Assembly: GCA_963668645.2 (NCBI GenBank)
Contig: CAXXWC010000021.1
Location: 576,001-640,000 of the forward strand
DNA: 64,000 nt
From: Desulfobacterales bacterium
GTDB taxonomy: Bacteria; Desulfobacterota; Desulfobacteria; Desulfobacterales; UBA2174
Direction of reading: 5' to 3'
Below are positions 9,011-20,000 of this stretch, piece by piece. Below the pieces are notes generated by a model, which was not told where the DNA came from, did no database searches, and saw only the letters and a list, made by a program, of their open reading frames with translations. A program made the translations under genes and the position numbers. Every line of letters begins with the position of its first letter. Position 1 is the stretch's first letter.

Positions 9011-10207
9011 TCAGGACTTGGCTGATGGCAGCATCACCCGCCGGTTGAACCAGTTCATGAACGCAGAGGTCATGAGGCTGAAAAGCAGGTAGACCACCAT
9101 GAGGATGCTGATGGCCTCTATGGCCTGGCCGGTCTGGTTCAAGGTGGTGTTGGCCACCGACACCAGATCGGGGTAGCCGATGGCCACCGCCAGGGTACTG
9201 TTCTTGGTCAGGTTGAGCATCTGGCTGGTCAGCGGCGGAATGATGGCCCGCATGGCCTGGGGCAGCACGATGAGCAGCAGGACCTGGCCGTTGGAAAGCC
9301 CCGCCGACTGGGCGGCCTCCACCTGGCCTTTGTCCACCGAAATGATTCCGGCACGCACGATTTCAGCCACGAAAGTGCCCGTATAGATGACCAGGCCGAG
9401 CAGCAGGGCACTGAATTCGGGGGTCAGTGCGAGGCCGCCCCGAAAATTGAAGCCCCGCAGCACCGGCACGTCGATCCGCCAGGCGGCGCCGGCCGCGGCG
9501 TTGATCCCGAGTACCACCAACAGCGGCACCATGCCCAGGACCACGAAGGGGATCCGCTTTTTCCCGTGGTCTTCGTGATAGCGTCGGTTTCGGCGGCTCA
9601 GGGACCACCACAACGCCAGGGCCGGGGGCACACAGAACAGCACCAGCGCTTCGGGACCATGGATGTGCAGGGCTGGAAAAAAAATGCCGCGATTGCAGAT
9701 AAACACAGCGTCCAAAAACGCCAGGGCCTGGCGCGGAGCCGGAAGCTCACGAAGCAGGGCGTACCAGAAAATCAGTTGCAGCAGCACGGGGATGTTGCGG
9801 AACAACTCGATATACACCCCTGCAAGACCCGCGATCAGCCCGTTTCGCGACAAGCGGACGATGCCCATGAAGGTGCCGAGCAGCACGGTGAGTACAATGC
9901 CGATGACGGCGGTTTTCAGGGTGTTGAGAAACCCCACCACCAGGGCTCGGCCGTAGCTGTCCGTTGGCGCGTAGGAAATGAGGGTCTCACCGATCTCGAA
10001 GGCCGATTCCTGCTTCAAAAAGCCGAAGCCGGTGGCGATATTCTGGCTGTGCAGATTTTCCAGGGTGTTCGAAATCAGATACCAGCCGATGCAGACCAAG
10101 GCTGCGACCACCAGCACTTGATAGAACCAGGCGCGGTATTCCGGTCGATGCCAGAAAGCTGGAGACTGTTTGGGCGGCGGGCTCATAAATGCGGTAGGAT
10201 CGGGCAA
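9011..10207 (-). CDS. aapQ: General L-amino-acid ABC transporter permease (AapQ/YhdX-like)
   Basis: NIATGFGFL, RALVVGFLNTL, YIELFRNIPVLLQ, GFNFRGG..LTPEF, AEIVRAGI..V..GQ.EAA, NLTKNSTLAVAIGYPDL. Confidence 0.9.
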   Translation of the reverse strand: MPDPTAFMSPPPKQSPAFWHRPEYRAWFYQVLVVAALVCIGWYLISNTLENLHSQNIATGFGFLKQESAFEIGETLISYAPTDSYGRALVVGFLNTLKTAVIGIVLTVLLGTFMGIVRLSRNGLIAGLAGVYIELFRNIPVLLQLIFWYALLRELPAPRQALAFLDAVFICNRGIFFPALHIHGPEALVLFCVPPALALWWSLSRRNRRYHEDHGKKRIPFVVLGMVPLLVVLGINAAAGAAWRIDVPVLRGFNFRGGLALTPEFSALLLGLVIYTGTFVAEIVRAGIISVDKGQVEAAQSAGLSNGQVLLLIVLPQAMRAIIPPLTSQMLNLTKNSTLAVAIGYPDLVSVANTTLNQTGQAIEAISILMVVYLLFSLMTSAFMNWFNRRVMLPSAKS

Positions 10208-10252
10208 AGCCGAAGGCCCGCTGCGGACCTCCGGCTCTGCTTCAAGGCGGTG

Positions 10253-11269
10253 TTATTTGAAAGGCGGCGAATAGAGCAGACCGCCGTCTTTGTACAGAAG
10301 GTTCATACCCCGGTCGAGGTTCATCGTCGTGCCGGGACCGAGGTTGCGGGCAAAGACCTCTTTGTAGTTGCCGATCTGCTTGACGATATTGTAGGCCCAC
10401 TTCTCGTCGACCCCCAGGGCTTTGCCGTTGCCCGGGGTGACGCCGAGGAAACGCTGCACGTTGGGATTCGGGCTGTTGAGCATCTCGTCCACGTTCTTCG
10501 AGTCGATGCCCAGATCCTCGGCTTCCACCAGGGCCAGCACCGTCCAGTAGACCAGATCTTTCCACTGGTTGTCGCCCTGGCGTACCGCCGTGGTCAACGG
10601 CTCCTTAGAGATGCGTTCGGGCAGGATCATGTACTGGTCGGGGGTCTCGGTGACGCTGCGCATCCCGGCCAGGGTGGAGGCGTCTGAGGTCAGGCAGTCG
10701 CAGCGGCCCGAGACGAAGGTCTTGAGCAGTTCGTCCTTGCTCTCGATGAGGACCGGCTGGAAGCTCATCTTGTTGGCGCGGAAATAGTCGGAGATATTGC
10801 GTTCGGTGGTGGTGCCGGGCAGCAGACAGACCGTGGCACCGTCCAGTTCGGTGGCGCTCTTGACCCCAAGCTTCTTGGGCACCATGATCCCCTGGCCGTC
10901 GTAGTAGACAGGGGGCGTGAACTCAAAGCCCAGGTCGGTATCGCGGGTCAGGGTCATGGTGGTCTGGCGGCAGAGCACATCCACCTCGCCGGATTGCAAG
11001 GCCGCGAAGCGCTGCTGGCTGGTCAGGGGGATGAACTTCACCTTGGTCGGGTCACCGAAAACGGCCGTGGCCACGGCCCGGGCGATATCCACGTCCAGAC
11101 CGCTCCAGTTTCCCTGATTGTCGGGAATGGAAAAGCCGGCAGCGCCGGTGTTGACACCTGCCACCAGATAGCCGCGACTCTTGACCGCATCGAGGGTCTC
11201 GCCGGCGTAAAGGCTTCCAAAAGAGATCAGAACCAGAAGAACCGCAAGAAGCATTGACAACCGTTTCAT
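10253..11269 (-). CDS. aapJ: General L-amino-acid ABC transporter substrate-binding protein (AapJ/YhdW-like)
   Basis: Signal peptide; GLDVDIARAVA, RFAALQSGEVDVL, YYDGQG, GTTTE, ISKEPL, GNYKEVFARNLG, GGLLYSPPF. Confidence 0.92.
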   Translation of the reverse strand: MKRLSMLLAVLLVLISFGSLYAGETLDAVKSRGYLVAGVNTGAAGFSIPDNQGNWSGLDVDIARAVATAVFGDPTKVKFIPLTSQQRFAALQSGEVDVLCRQTTMTLTRDTDLGFEFTPPVYYDGQGIMVPKKLGVKSATELDGATVCLLPGTTTERNISDYFRANKMSFQPVLIESKDELLKTFVSGRCDCLTSDASTLAGMRSVTETPDQYMILPERISKEPLTTAVRQGDNQWKDLVYWTVLALVEAEDLGIDSKNVDEMLNSPNPNVQRFLGVTPGNGKALGVDEKWAYNIVKQIGNYKEVFARNLGPGTTMNLDRGMNLLYKDGGLLYSPPFK

Positions 11270-11640
11270 AATTCTCCTTCCATCTCATTAGTGTCGAAAT
11301 ACAGGGTGAATAAACGGCATGGCATGGCGCTGGATCTTCCACGCCGGCTATAGAATGATCGGGTCATATACCCGAAACGGAAGACATTTAAAAGTGGTCA
11401 CAGAAAAAAAACGGTTTCAAAGCTCAACGCTTCCGCCCTTTTGGCGAAACCGGCAGTTCTCGGGTTGATCAAAAATTGCCGGTCGCTGCAGCCATTCCTT
11501 TTCCGGTGCCGGCCATCCAGCCAGCAGGATCGGCCCCGATCTTATCGGCATGGACCTTTTCGGCCAGATGAAAACGGGCAACCAGGGGCGTTCTGCGATG
11601 GGACGTCGCCTTCCAATCGCACAAAACCGGGCGCGCACAA

Positions 11641-12609
11641 TCAACACAGGTGGCACGCTGCCCAGCGTCCGGGTTCCACTTGCCTAAAAGCAGGGCGCTC
11701 CTCGGCGCATACCGGAATCTGTAACGGACAACGTGGATGAAAAGTGCACCCGGGCGGCGGATTGATCGGACTCGGCACATCGCCGCCGAGGATCTGCCGC
11801 TTTCGAAGTGCATCCGGATCGGGAACCGGCGCAGCGGAAAGCAGGGCCTTTGCGTAGGGGTGCAGGGGATGCTGGTAAAAAACCTTGCGCTCGGCCAACT
11901 CCACAATGCGTCCCAGATACATCACGGCCACGCGGTCACTGATGTGCTCCACCACGCTCAAGTCGTGGGAAATGAAGATATAGGTCAACCCGAATTGCGC
12001 CTTGAGTTCTTCCAGCAGATTGATCACCTGGGCCTGAATCGACACATCCAGCGCCGAGACCGGTTCGTCGGCAAGGATCAAACGCGGGTTGAGGGCCAGG
12101 GCCCGGGCGATGACGATTCGCTGGCGCTGCCCCCCGGAAAACTCGTGGGGGTAGCGCAAGGCCTGGCCGGGCCGCAGCCCCACCACCTGGAGCAGTTCGG
12201 CCACCCGCTCGCGGCGCTCGGCGGCTGTGCCGATGCCGTGAATCTCCAGGGGCTCGGCGATAATTCGGCCCACCCGCTGGCGCGGGTTAAGCGCCGAGTA
12301 GGGATCCTGGTAGATGATCTGGGCCTCGCGCCGGAAGCGTTTCAGACGCATGCGGTTAAAAGTGCCCACATCCTGCCCTTCGAAGAAAACCCGTCCCGCC
12401 GTGGGCGGCTCCAGATGCAACAACAGCCGCCCCAGAGTGGACTTGCCGCAGCCGGACTCCCCCACCAGTCCGAACACCTCGCCCGGCCGCACGGCGAGGC
12501 TCACCCCCTCAACAGCCCGCACCACCTGCCGGCCCCGGCCCAGATGGCCGGCGGCCCTGATCTGGTAGTGCATCACGAGATCTTCGGCTCGAAGCAGGGC
12601 TTCACCCAC
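11641..12609 (-). CDS. dppF: Dipeptide/oligopeptide ABC transporter ATP-binding protein (DppF/OppF-like)
   Basis: GESGCGKST Walker [34 protein letters not shown] start at 12609 after GGAGG. Confidence 0.9.
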   Translation of the reverse strand: MGEALLRAEDLVMHYQIRAAGHLGRGRQVVRAVEGVSLAVRPGEVFGLVGESGCGKSTLGRLLLHLEPPTAGRVFFEGQDVGTFNRMRLKRFRREAQIIYQDPYSALNPRQRVGRIIAEPLEIHGIGTAAERRERVAELLQVVGLRPGQALRYPHEFSGGQRQRIVIARALALNPRLILADEPVSALDVSIQAQVINLLEELKAQFGLTYIFISHDLSVVEHISDRVAVMYLGRIVELAERKVFYQHPLHPYAKALLSAAPVPDPDALRKRQILGGDVPSPINPPPGCTFHPRCPLQIPVCAEERPAFRQVEPGRWAACHLC

Positions 12610-12611
12610 GG

Positions 12612-13583
12612 TCAGTCCTCCACGGGGTGCCAACAGCGAACCCGGTGTTCGGGGCCCACCACGGTCCATGGGGGCTCCTGCCTGCACTGGTCGCCGCTGC
12701 GCAAACAGCGTTCCTGAAAGGCGCAGCCCGGCGGCAGCCGCAGGAGGCTGGGCACCACGCCGGGGATGGGCTTGAGCTTGCCCCGGCGTCCTCCCACCTG
12801 GGGCAGGGACTGGAACAGCCCCACGGTGTAAGGGTGGGCCGCCCGGCGAAACAGGGTGCGTACATCGGCTTCCTCGACGATGCGGCCGGTGTACATCACC
12901 GCCACCCGCTGGCAGGTTTCGGCGACAACCCCCAAGTCGTGGGTGATGAGCATCACCGCCATGCCGATCTCTCCTTTGAGCCGGTTCATGAGATCCAGAA
13001 TCTGGGCCTGGATCGTCACGTCCAGGGCCGTAGTGGGCTCGTCGGCAATCATCACCTGGGGATGGCAGGAAAGCGCCATGGCGATCATCACCCGCTGGCG
13101 CATGCCGCCGGAAAGCTGGTGGGGATAGTCGCCCACCCGGGCGGCCGGCTCCGGGATGCCCACCAGCGAGAGCATCTGCACGGCTTCGGCCCAGGCGGCC
13201 CGCCGGCTCATGCGGCGGTGGCGGCGGATGGCCTCCACGATCTGGAAGCCCGCGGTGTAGACCGGATTGAGGCTGGTCATGGGCTCCTGGAAAATCATGG
13301 AGATCTCGTTGCCCCGGATGCGGTTCATCTGCGCTTCGGTCAGGGACGCCAGATCACGGCCCTTGAAAAGGACCTGCCCGCCGGTGATGCGGCCCGCGGG
13401 TTTGGGCAGCAACTGGAGCACCGAAAGGGCCGTGACACTCTTGCCGCAGCCCGACTCTCCCACCAGCCCCAGGGTCTCTCCCGGTGCCAGGGTCAGACTA
13501 ACCCGGTCCACGGCCGTCACCGGTCCCCGGCGCGTGTCAAATCGCGTGGTCAAATCTCGGATGTCCAGCACGGGCGTGCTCAT
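12612..13583 (-). CDS. dppD: Dipeptide/oligopeptide ABC transporter ATP-binding protein (DppD/OppD-like)
   Basis: [42 protein letters not shown] overlaps the dppC stop (ATGA). Confidence 0.9.
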   Translation of the reverse strand: MSTPVLDIRDLTTRFDTRRGPVTAVDRVSLTLAPGETLGLVGESGCGKSVTALSVLQLLPKPAGRITGGQVLFKGRDLASLTEAQMNRIRGNEISMIFQEPMTSLNPVYTAGFQIVEAIRRHRRMSRRAAWAEAVQMLSLVGIPEPAARVGDYPHQLSGGMRQRVMIAMALSCHPQVMIADEPTTALDVTIQAQILDLMNRLKGEIGMAVMLITHDLGVVAETCQRVAVMYTGRIVEEADVRTLFRRAAHPYTVGLFQSLPQVGGRRGKLKPIPGVVPSLLRLPPGCAFQERCLRSGDQCRQEPPWTVVGPEHRVRCWHPVED

Positions 13584-14419
13584 TGAGATCTCAAAGAAGG
13601 ATCGAGCACATCCCGCAGCCCGTCGCCGAAAAGGTTGAATCCCAGCACCAGCAGCAGGATGGCTGCCCCGGGGAAGGCCGCCACGTGGGGGGCGATCTGG
13701 ATGTACTGGCGTCCCTCGCTCAGCATGGTTCCCCATTCCGGCGCGGGCGGCTGGGCTCCCAGCCCCAAAAAGCCCAGGGCCGCTGCCTGGAGCACGGCCG
13801 TGCCCATGCCCAGGGTGGCATAGACGATGATGGGCGGCAGGCAGTTGGGCAGTACGTGGCGCATCAGGATGCGGGTATGGCCGCCCCCCAGGTGCCCCAC
13901 GGCCTGCACGAAGAGCTGCTGCTTGAGGGAAAGCACGCTTGCGCGCACGATACGTGCGTAATGAGGAATGTAGACGACACCCACGGCGATCATGGTGTTG
14001 GTGAGGTTGGGTTCGAGTACCGCGGTGATGAAAATCGCCAGCAGAATGGCCGGGAAGGCCAGGATCATGTCCATGCAGCGCATGATCAGGCTGTCGATCC
14101 AGCGGCCGAAGTAGCCGGCCAGCAACCCCAGCAAGGTCCCGGGCAACAGCGAAATGGTAACCGAGATGATCCCGATGAGGATGGAGATGCGCGCCCCGCT
14201 GATCACCCGGCTGAGGATATCGCGCCCCAGGCTGTCGGTGCCGAAGGGGTGATCACTGCTGGGGCCCTGCAAGCGCTGCAATGGCGCCGGCACCAGGGGA
14301 TCGTGCGAGACGAGCAGCGGGCCGGCCAGGGCCACCACCAGGATGGCAGCGATGATGACCATGCCCGCCGCGGCGTTCCAGCTGCGCATCAGATCCCTCA
14401 GCCAGTCCCATCTAAGCAT
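13580..14419 (-). CDS. dppC: Dipeptide/oligopeptide ABC transporter permease (DppC-like)
   Basis: [59 protein letters not shown]. Confidence 0.9.
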   Translation of the reverse strand: MLRWDWLRDLMRSWNAAAGMVIIAAILVVALAGPLLVSHDPLVPAPLQRLQGPSSDHPFGTDSLGRDILSRVISGARISILIGIISVTISLLPGTLLGLLAGYFGRWIDSLIMRCMDMILAFPAILLAIFITAVLEPNLTNTMIAVGVVYIPHYARIVRASVLSLKQQLFVQAVGHLGGGHTRILMRHVLPNCLPPIIVYATLGMGTAVLQAAALGFLGLGAQPPAPEWGTMLSEGRQYIQIAPHVAAFPGAAILLLVLGFNLFGDGLRDVLDPSLRSQ

Positions 14420-15422
14420 TGACGCGAATCCTCGGATCCAGCAACACGTAGATCAGGTCCACCACCAGGTTGATCACCGCCATCATGGCGGCAAAAACCA
14501 GGATGCAGCCCTGAACGGCCGCATAGTCCCGGCCCATGAGGGAATCGACCACATAGCGCCCCAGACCGGGCCATGAAAAAATGGTCTCCGTCAGTACGGC
14601 ACCGCCCAGCAGCAGCCCCAGATTGAGGCCCAGCACGGTCACCACCGGCAAAAAGGCATTGCGCAGGGCGTGACGCAGGATCACCACGGCCTCGCTCAGG
14701 CCTTTAGCCCTGGCCGTGCGCACGTAATCCTTGTTGAGCACTTCCAACATGGCCGAACGGGTGATGCGGGCCACCACAGCCATGGGGATGGTGGCCAGGG
14801 TCAAGGCAGGCAGGATCAGGTGGCGGCCCGCCTCCCACAGCGTGCCGAAGCTGCCCGAGATAAGGGCGTCCACCACCACCAGGCCGGTGACTGCAGGCAC
14901 CTCCAGCCCCATGGGCAGCCGCCCCATCATCGGCAGTATCGGGTACTTGACCGCAAACAGGTAGATCAGCATCAGTCCCAGCCAGAAGATGGGCATGGAG
15001 ACACCCACCAGCGCCAGGAACATGGCGCCGTAGTCCCATGCCGAACGGGGCCGTACCGCACTGACCACACCGGCGCCCACCCCGCCGACGGTGGAGATGA
15101 ACATGGCGGCCAGAGACAGCTCAAGGGTGGCCAGCAGTCGCCCCCAAATTTCCACGGCCACCGGCGTGTTGGTGCGGATGGAATTGCCTAGGTCGCCGTG
15201 GAAAAGATTCTGCAGGTAGATCCCGTATTGCAGCGCCAGAGAGCGGTCCAAGCCCAGCTGCGTGCGCAACCGGGCCAGTTCCTCGGGGTTGGCGAACTCG
15301 CCCAACAGCAACTGCGCGGGGTCTCCGGGAATCATCCTGAGCATCAGGAAGACCAGCACGGAGACCCCAAGCAGAATCACAACGAGCTGCAGCAGGCGTT
15401 TGGCGATATAGCCCAGCGGCAT
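14412..15422 (-). CDS. dppB: Dipeptide/oligopeptide ABC transporter permease (DppB-like)
   Basis: PGDPA, GDLGNS, ATLELS, HLILPALTL, DYVRTARAKGL, ETIFSWPGLG, DPRIR. Confidence 0.9.
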   Translation of the reverse strand: MPLGYIAKRLLQLVVILLGVSVLVFLMLRMIPGDPAQLLLGEFANPEELARLRTQLGLDRSLALQYGIYLQNLFHGDLGNSIRTNTPVAVEIWGRLLATLELSLAAMFISTVGGVGAGVVSAVRPRSAWDYGAMFLALVGVSMPIFWLGLMLIYLFAVKYPILPMMGRLPMGLEVPAVTGLVVVDALISGSFGTLWEAGRHLILPALTLATIPMAVVARITRSAMLEVLNKDYVRTARAKGLSEAVVILRHALRNAFLPVVTVLGLNLGLLLGGAVLTETIFSWPGLGRYVVDSLMGRDYAAVQGCILVFAAMMAVINLVVDLIYVLLDPRIRVNA

Positions 15423-15428
15423 CGCGGG

Positions 15429-16994
15429 CTATTTATCCTTCCAGATCATCTGGAAGGAATTTAACCCGTTGGGCCGCAGGGGCACGTCATGCAGGCGCTT
15501 GTTATAACAACGCACGATGGTACTGTGGGCCAGAGGCACCCAGGGTTGGTCCTGGTGAAAGATTTCCTGCGCCCGCTTATAGATCTTGGCCCGCTCGGCC
15601 TTGTCGAAGATCCGTTGGGCCTGGAGGCAAAGTTCGGTGAATTCGGCGTTCTTCCACAGGGCCACGTTGGCCGCTCCGGGGGTCTTGGCTGTATCGGCGC
15701 TCAGCAGACCGTAAAGAAAGTTGTCCGGGTCGGCGTTGCCGCCCAGCCACCCCAGCATGCACAGGTCGTGCTCACCGTTGGAGGTCTTTTTGAGGTAGGT
15801 GCCCCAGTCCATGCGCACGATCTTGCTTTTGACGCCCGCTGCGGCCAGATAGGCCTGGATCAACTCGGCGGTTTTGACCGGCTCGGGCATGTAGGCGCGC
15901 GATACGGGCATTGCCCACAGCTCCAGTTCCCGGTTGAAGTCGAAGCCGGCCGCCTCAAACAGCTTCTTGGCCTTGGCCGGATCGTAGTCGTAAGGCTGGA
16001 TCTCGTCGTTGTAACTCCAGATGGAGGGTGGAAACGGGTTTTTGGCCGGAATCGCCAGACCCTGGAAAATGGACGTGATCAGCGTCTTCTTGTCGATGGC
16101 GTGGGCGATGGCCTGGCGCACCCGGGCATCCTTCAACCAGGGTTTTTCGGTGTTGATGGCCAGATAGCCCACATTGACGCTGGGCTGCTTAATGACGGCC
16201 AATTGGTCGTTGGTCTCCACCAGGCGGATGCTGTCCGGGTCCAGATCATCGGCGATATCCACCGCCCCGGACTGCAGGGCCATGAGCCGTGCGCTGGGCT
16301 CGGGGATCGACTTGAGGATGATCTGATCCACCTTGGCCTTGTCCCCCCAATACTCGGGGTTGCGCTCCATGATGATCTGGTCGTCCTTGACCCATTTGGA
16401 GAACTTGAAGGGGCCGGTGCCCACGGGGTGCTGTCCGATCTGATCCTTGTACTCTGCCATGGCCTTGGGTGAAAGGATCGGGCAGAGCCACAGGGCCAGG
16501 TTGTTGATCAGCGGTGCGTAGGGCTTCTTGGTGACCATGGCCACGGTGTAGTCGTCGACGATCTTGATATCCTTGACCGGCCCAAGAGAGAGGCTCAGAT
16601 AGACCCATTTTCCGTATTTGTGCAAGGGGTGGTCGGGATCGATCACCCGTGCGAACGAGTCGTAGACCGCCTTGGCATTAAACGGCTCGCCGTCGTGAAA
16701 CTTGACCCCTTTGCGCAGTTTGAAGGTCCACGTCAGACCGTCGTCGCTCACCGTCCAGGACTCGGCCAACTGGGGTACCACGTCCATCGAATCTTTCTCG
16801 AAGATGACCAGGTTCTCCAGCATCTGAACACCGGCCTTGATCGATTCGCCGTCGGTGGCCTGGGCCAAGTCGAGACTCACCGAATCGCCTCCCCTGCCCC
16901 AGATCAGTGTGCCGCCCTGGTTCGGTGCGGCCGCCAAGACCGTCAGGGGAGCCAGACAAACCGTCAGCGCCAAAAAAACGACAAATTTACGCAT
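15429..16994 (-). CDS. dppA: Dipeptide ABC transporter substrate-binding protein (DppA-like)
   Basis: Signal peptide; LAESWTVSDDGLTWTFKLRKGVKFHDG, PVGTGPFKF, LWAMPVSRAYMP, LGWLGGNADPDNFL (DppA-like). Confidence 0.9.
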   Translation of the reverse strand: MRKFVVFLALTVCLAPLTVLAAAPNQGGTLIWGRGGDSVSLDLAQATDGESIKAGVQMLENLVIFEKDSMDVVPQLAESWTVSDDGLTWTFKLRKGVKFHDGEPFNAKAVYDSFARVIDPDHPLHKYGKWVYLSLSLGPVKDIKIVDDYTVAMVTKKPYAPLINNLALWLCPILSPKAMAEYKDQIGQHPVGTGPFKFSKWVKDDQIIMERNPEYWGDKAKVDQIILKSIPEPSARLMALQSGAVDIADDLDPDSIRLVETNDQLAVIKQPSVNVGYLAINTEKPWLKDARVRQAIAHAIDKKTLITSIFQGLAIPAKNPFPPSIWSYNDEIQPYDYDPAKAKKLFEAAGFDFNRELELWAMPVSRAYMPEPVKTAELIQAYLAAAGVKSKIVRMDWGTYLKKTSNGEHDLCMLGWLGGNADPDNFLYGLLSADTAKTPGAANVALWKNAEFTELCLQAQRIFDKAERAKIYKRAQEIFHQDQPWVPLAHSTIVRCYNKRLHDVPLRPNGLNSFQMIWKDK

Positions 16995-17044
16995 GAAAAA
17001 GCCTCCCTTTGAAATGAGTGTCCGTCATCCGTCGGTCTCCAGGA

Positions 17045-20000
17045 TCAGGCTTGCCCCCTGTGCCGCCAACTCAGCGTCATGCCTCCTTTTCTATCGTATA
17101 TCCCCTTTAACACAGCCAGGGGCTGTTGTGCCAGTTGGTTTAACAGGGCCATGGCGGCCGCCATATGGGCTCGCACGCAGCAGGCCAACCAGGACCCTTC
17201 CACCACCTCGTCGGCGACCTCGGTGATCATCTCCACCTCGGTCAGCGGCCAGTGCACGCGGGCGAAATTGATATCGCTGATGCGCGGGGCCGCAGGCACC
17301 ACCACCAGCGCGTCGCTGACCGAGGCAGGAAACACCTGGGGGGCGAAGGCCCGCGCGTAGCGATCGTAGCGGTCGGTCAATCCGTTGTTCAAATTCACAA
17401 TCTGCGGATCGGCCGCCATGGCTTCTGCCAACCGATCCACCAGGGCCATGACAATTGCATGCCCCGGATGGGCCGGCTGATCCAAGAAGGGAAGAATGGC
17501 AAACACGAAGGTTCGGGGAATCCAGTGCTCGCGGAAGCTGGGGTTGACCAACCCTGCAAACGGCTGGTCCCACTCGTGGCTCGGAACCCCGTGGGCATCG
17601 AGCATGAAGCGCGGCATCCAGCGCTGCCAGACAAGCGGCTTGACCCGCGCCTCGGGAAAACGCGGCCGCTCGCGATGATAATCGCCGTACCATTCCACGC
17701 CCAGCGCATTGTAGCGTGCGGCATGCAGTTTGTGGTCCGCGCAGCCGGGTGAAAGCGCCTCCAGGGTGGCCACCCCGTCCGGGTTTTCAAGCGGAATGAA
17801 CGCCACGTTGACTCTTTTCAACAAGTCCCGGCCGGCTTCGGTGCGGCTCAGGCGCCATGCCAGTCGCAAGGCGGCATTGGTTGAAGAAACCTCGTTGGCG
17901 TGATGCCTGGCATTAAACAGCAGGGTCGGTTTGAAAAACCGCAGCTTGCCCCTCGATTTGAGCCCCTGTGCGTCGAGGCTGGCCTCCAGGACATGGATGG
18001 GACGCCCGCCCAGCGAAGTCCCGCCGGTCCAGGCGTGCAGATGGGGCAGCGTCCCCAGGCGCCGGATCCACGCTTCGGTCTCAACCAGATCGAGTCGCCG
18101 GTGATCCGGCGGTTCGGGCACCGCACCATCGTCGCCGAACACCGGCTTCGAACCTGCAAGGGGCACGGTCAGACGAAATCCCCGGGAGATGGGCACCAAC
18201 CTCAGCCCACCGGCACGGGCAACGACCGCCAGAGACGCGGACTGCTCAGAGGTTATGCCGGGGGCGTGCCAAAACAGGTCCAAATTTCGCCCCCTTCTTT
18301 CCAGACCTCGAACCGTGGCAGGCTGCGCCGGGGGCGGGATTGTCCCGCCTCCATGGATCGGCATCGCGCGGGCCACAAGGTGCGCCTTGGGTAGCGCGCC
18401 CTGCCGGCAGTGCATCTTGGGCAGGATGGGGCCGAAGTTCAGATCGTCTCCCAGGCCATGTTTTCGCCGGTAGGCCGCATGGAATTCAAGCAGGCCGAAG
18501 TAGATGTCTTCGTGCACGGCTTCCAGCGGGCAGATGCGCTCCTTTCCGACTCCCAGCCGCACGTCGCTTTCCGGCAGGGTCAACTCCAGGCAAAGCTCCT
18601 GCCAAAAAGCCGGGGCACCGTCGGCCGCCAGGGCGTCCCGCCTCAGGTCCATCTCCCGGCTCAGCACCGGCAGCCATTCTTCCTGAAAGCGGCGCCAGAA
18701 CACCTCCCGGTCTGTGGGCAAATTCACATCCAGCAGCACCCCGCGGCTGTCTTCCAACCGCACTCCGGCCGCCGCCGGATAGGCCCATTGACCTTCCAAA
18801 ACCAACGGCAGATAGGGCACCGGCGAGATGCGCGGGGTAAAAACCGCCTCGGCCACCAGCCGATCTTGCTGCCAGGCCCTCAAGCGATAGGCATGCGGCA
18901 AATCCTTTTGCTGCACCAGGGCGACGGCGGCCGGATCCATTCCGAGCCGCTCAGCCACAAGGTCCGGCCCGGGAAACGCTTCCTGGATCCAGCGGCTTTC
19001 CATCTCCAAGCCGCCGGGTTCCGGGACAAACGGGCAAAACGCCAGTTCGAGGCGGTCCGCTCCCCCCTGGGCCACCAGCGACGGCAGCGCCACATCCATC
19101 AGCCAGGAGAACCCCGGTTTATAGGCATTGATCAGCGTAAGGCACGGACGGTATCCCTTTTGCCGCAGCATCTTTTCCCACCGGTCCCTGAGGGCGTTGC
19201 GGATCTCCAGGGGACGGCTCACCAGCACCGTGCCATGACAGGGCCCCTCTCCGGCAGGAACGCTGCCGATCAGCGCCGTGAGGCGTTCGTCCTCTCCGGG
19301 CCAGGATGAGATGCGCCGCAAGATCCGCCGGGGAGGCGACGGCGGCAGTGCCAGGCCCAGATCCTGGACAGCCCGGCGCATTTGCCGGCGCTCGGCTCCG
19401 TCAAGGTTGGGCACTGGGCAGCGGCCGTTCGCAGCCGCTACCAACCGCCAGGCAATGACGCCCTCGGGGCCCGAAGCATTCAACAGGCCGCGGACGCGTT
19501 CAAACTTGGCCGCCAGTTGCGCAGTTTCCCCGGATTCCTGGCCAAGCACCGGCAGCACCAGGCGCTGCCAGCTTTCCAAGGTGGCAGCCAGCCGGCGGCC
19601 CCCGCCGCGAGCCACGATTTCATCCCCCTCTGCATGCAAACAGGGGATTCCGGGCTCAGGGTCTCCCCCGGCTACCCGCAGCCTCAAGCCCTTACCGGTC
19701 GGCGGGGCCACACCCGCCACGGGCAAATGGATATCGGTGCTTTGCAGGCAAGCCCGTGCAGCCAAATGGGCCAGGCTGCGGCCGACGGTCCCATCGAGGG
19801 CCGTGGCATCGATTTGAATCTTGAGCTTCAGGGCCGAAGCGCGCGGTGCCTCGGGGACAGTCTCGCAAAGAAGGCCTTCTGCATCGATCAAATCGAGCGG
19901 GCCCCCGGAGCCTGCGCCGTCACCTGCCTGCCCTAGACCGGAAACTGCCCTCGCCCCCCCTTCGGCAAGCAACTTCCCACCTCTGCCCAACACCTGGCAG

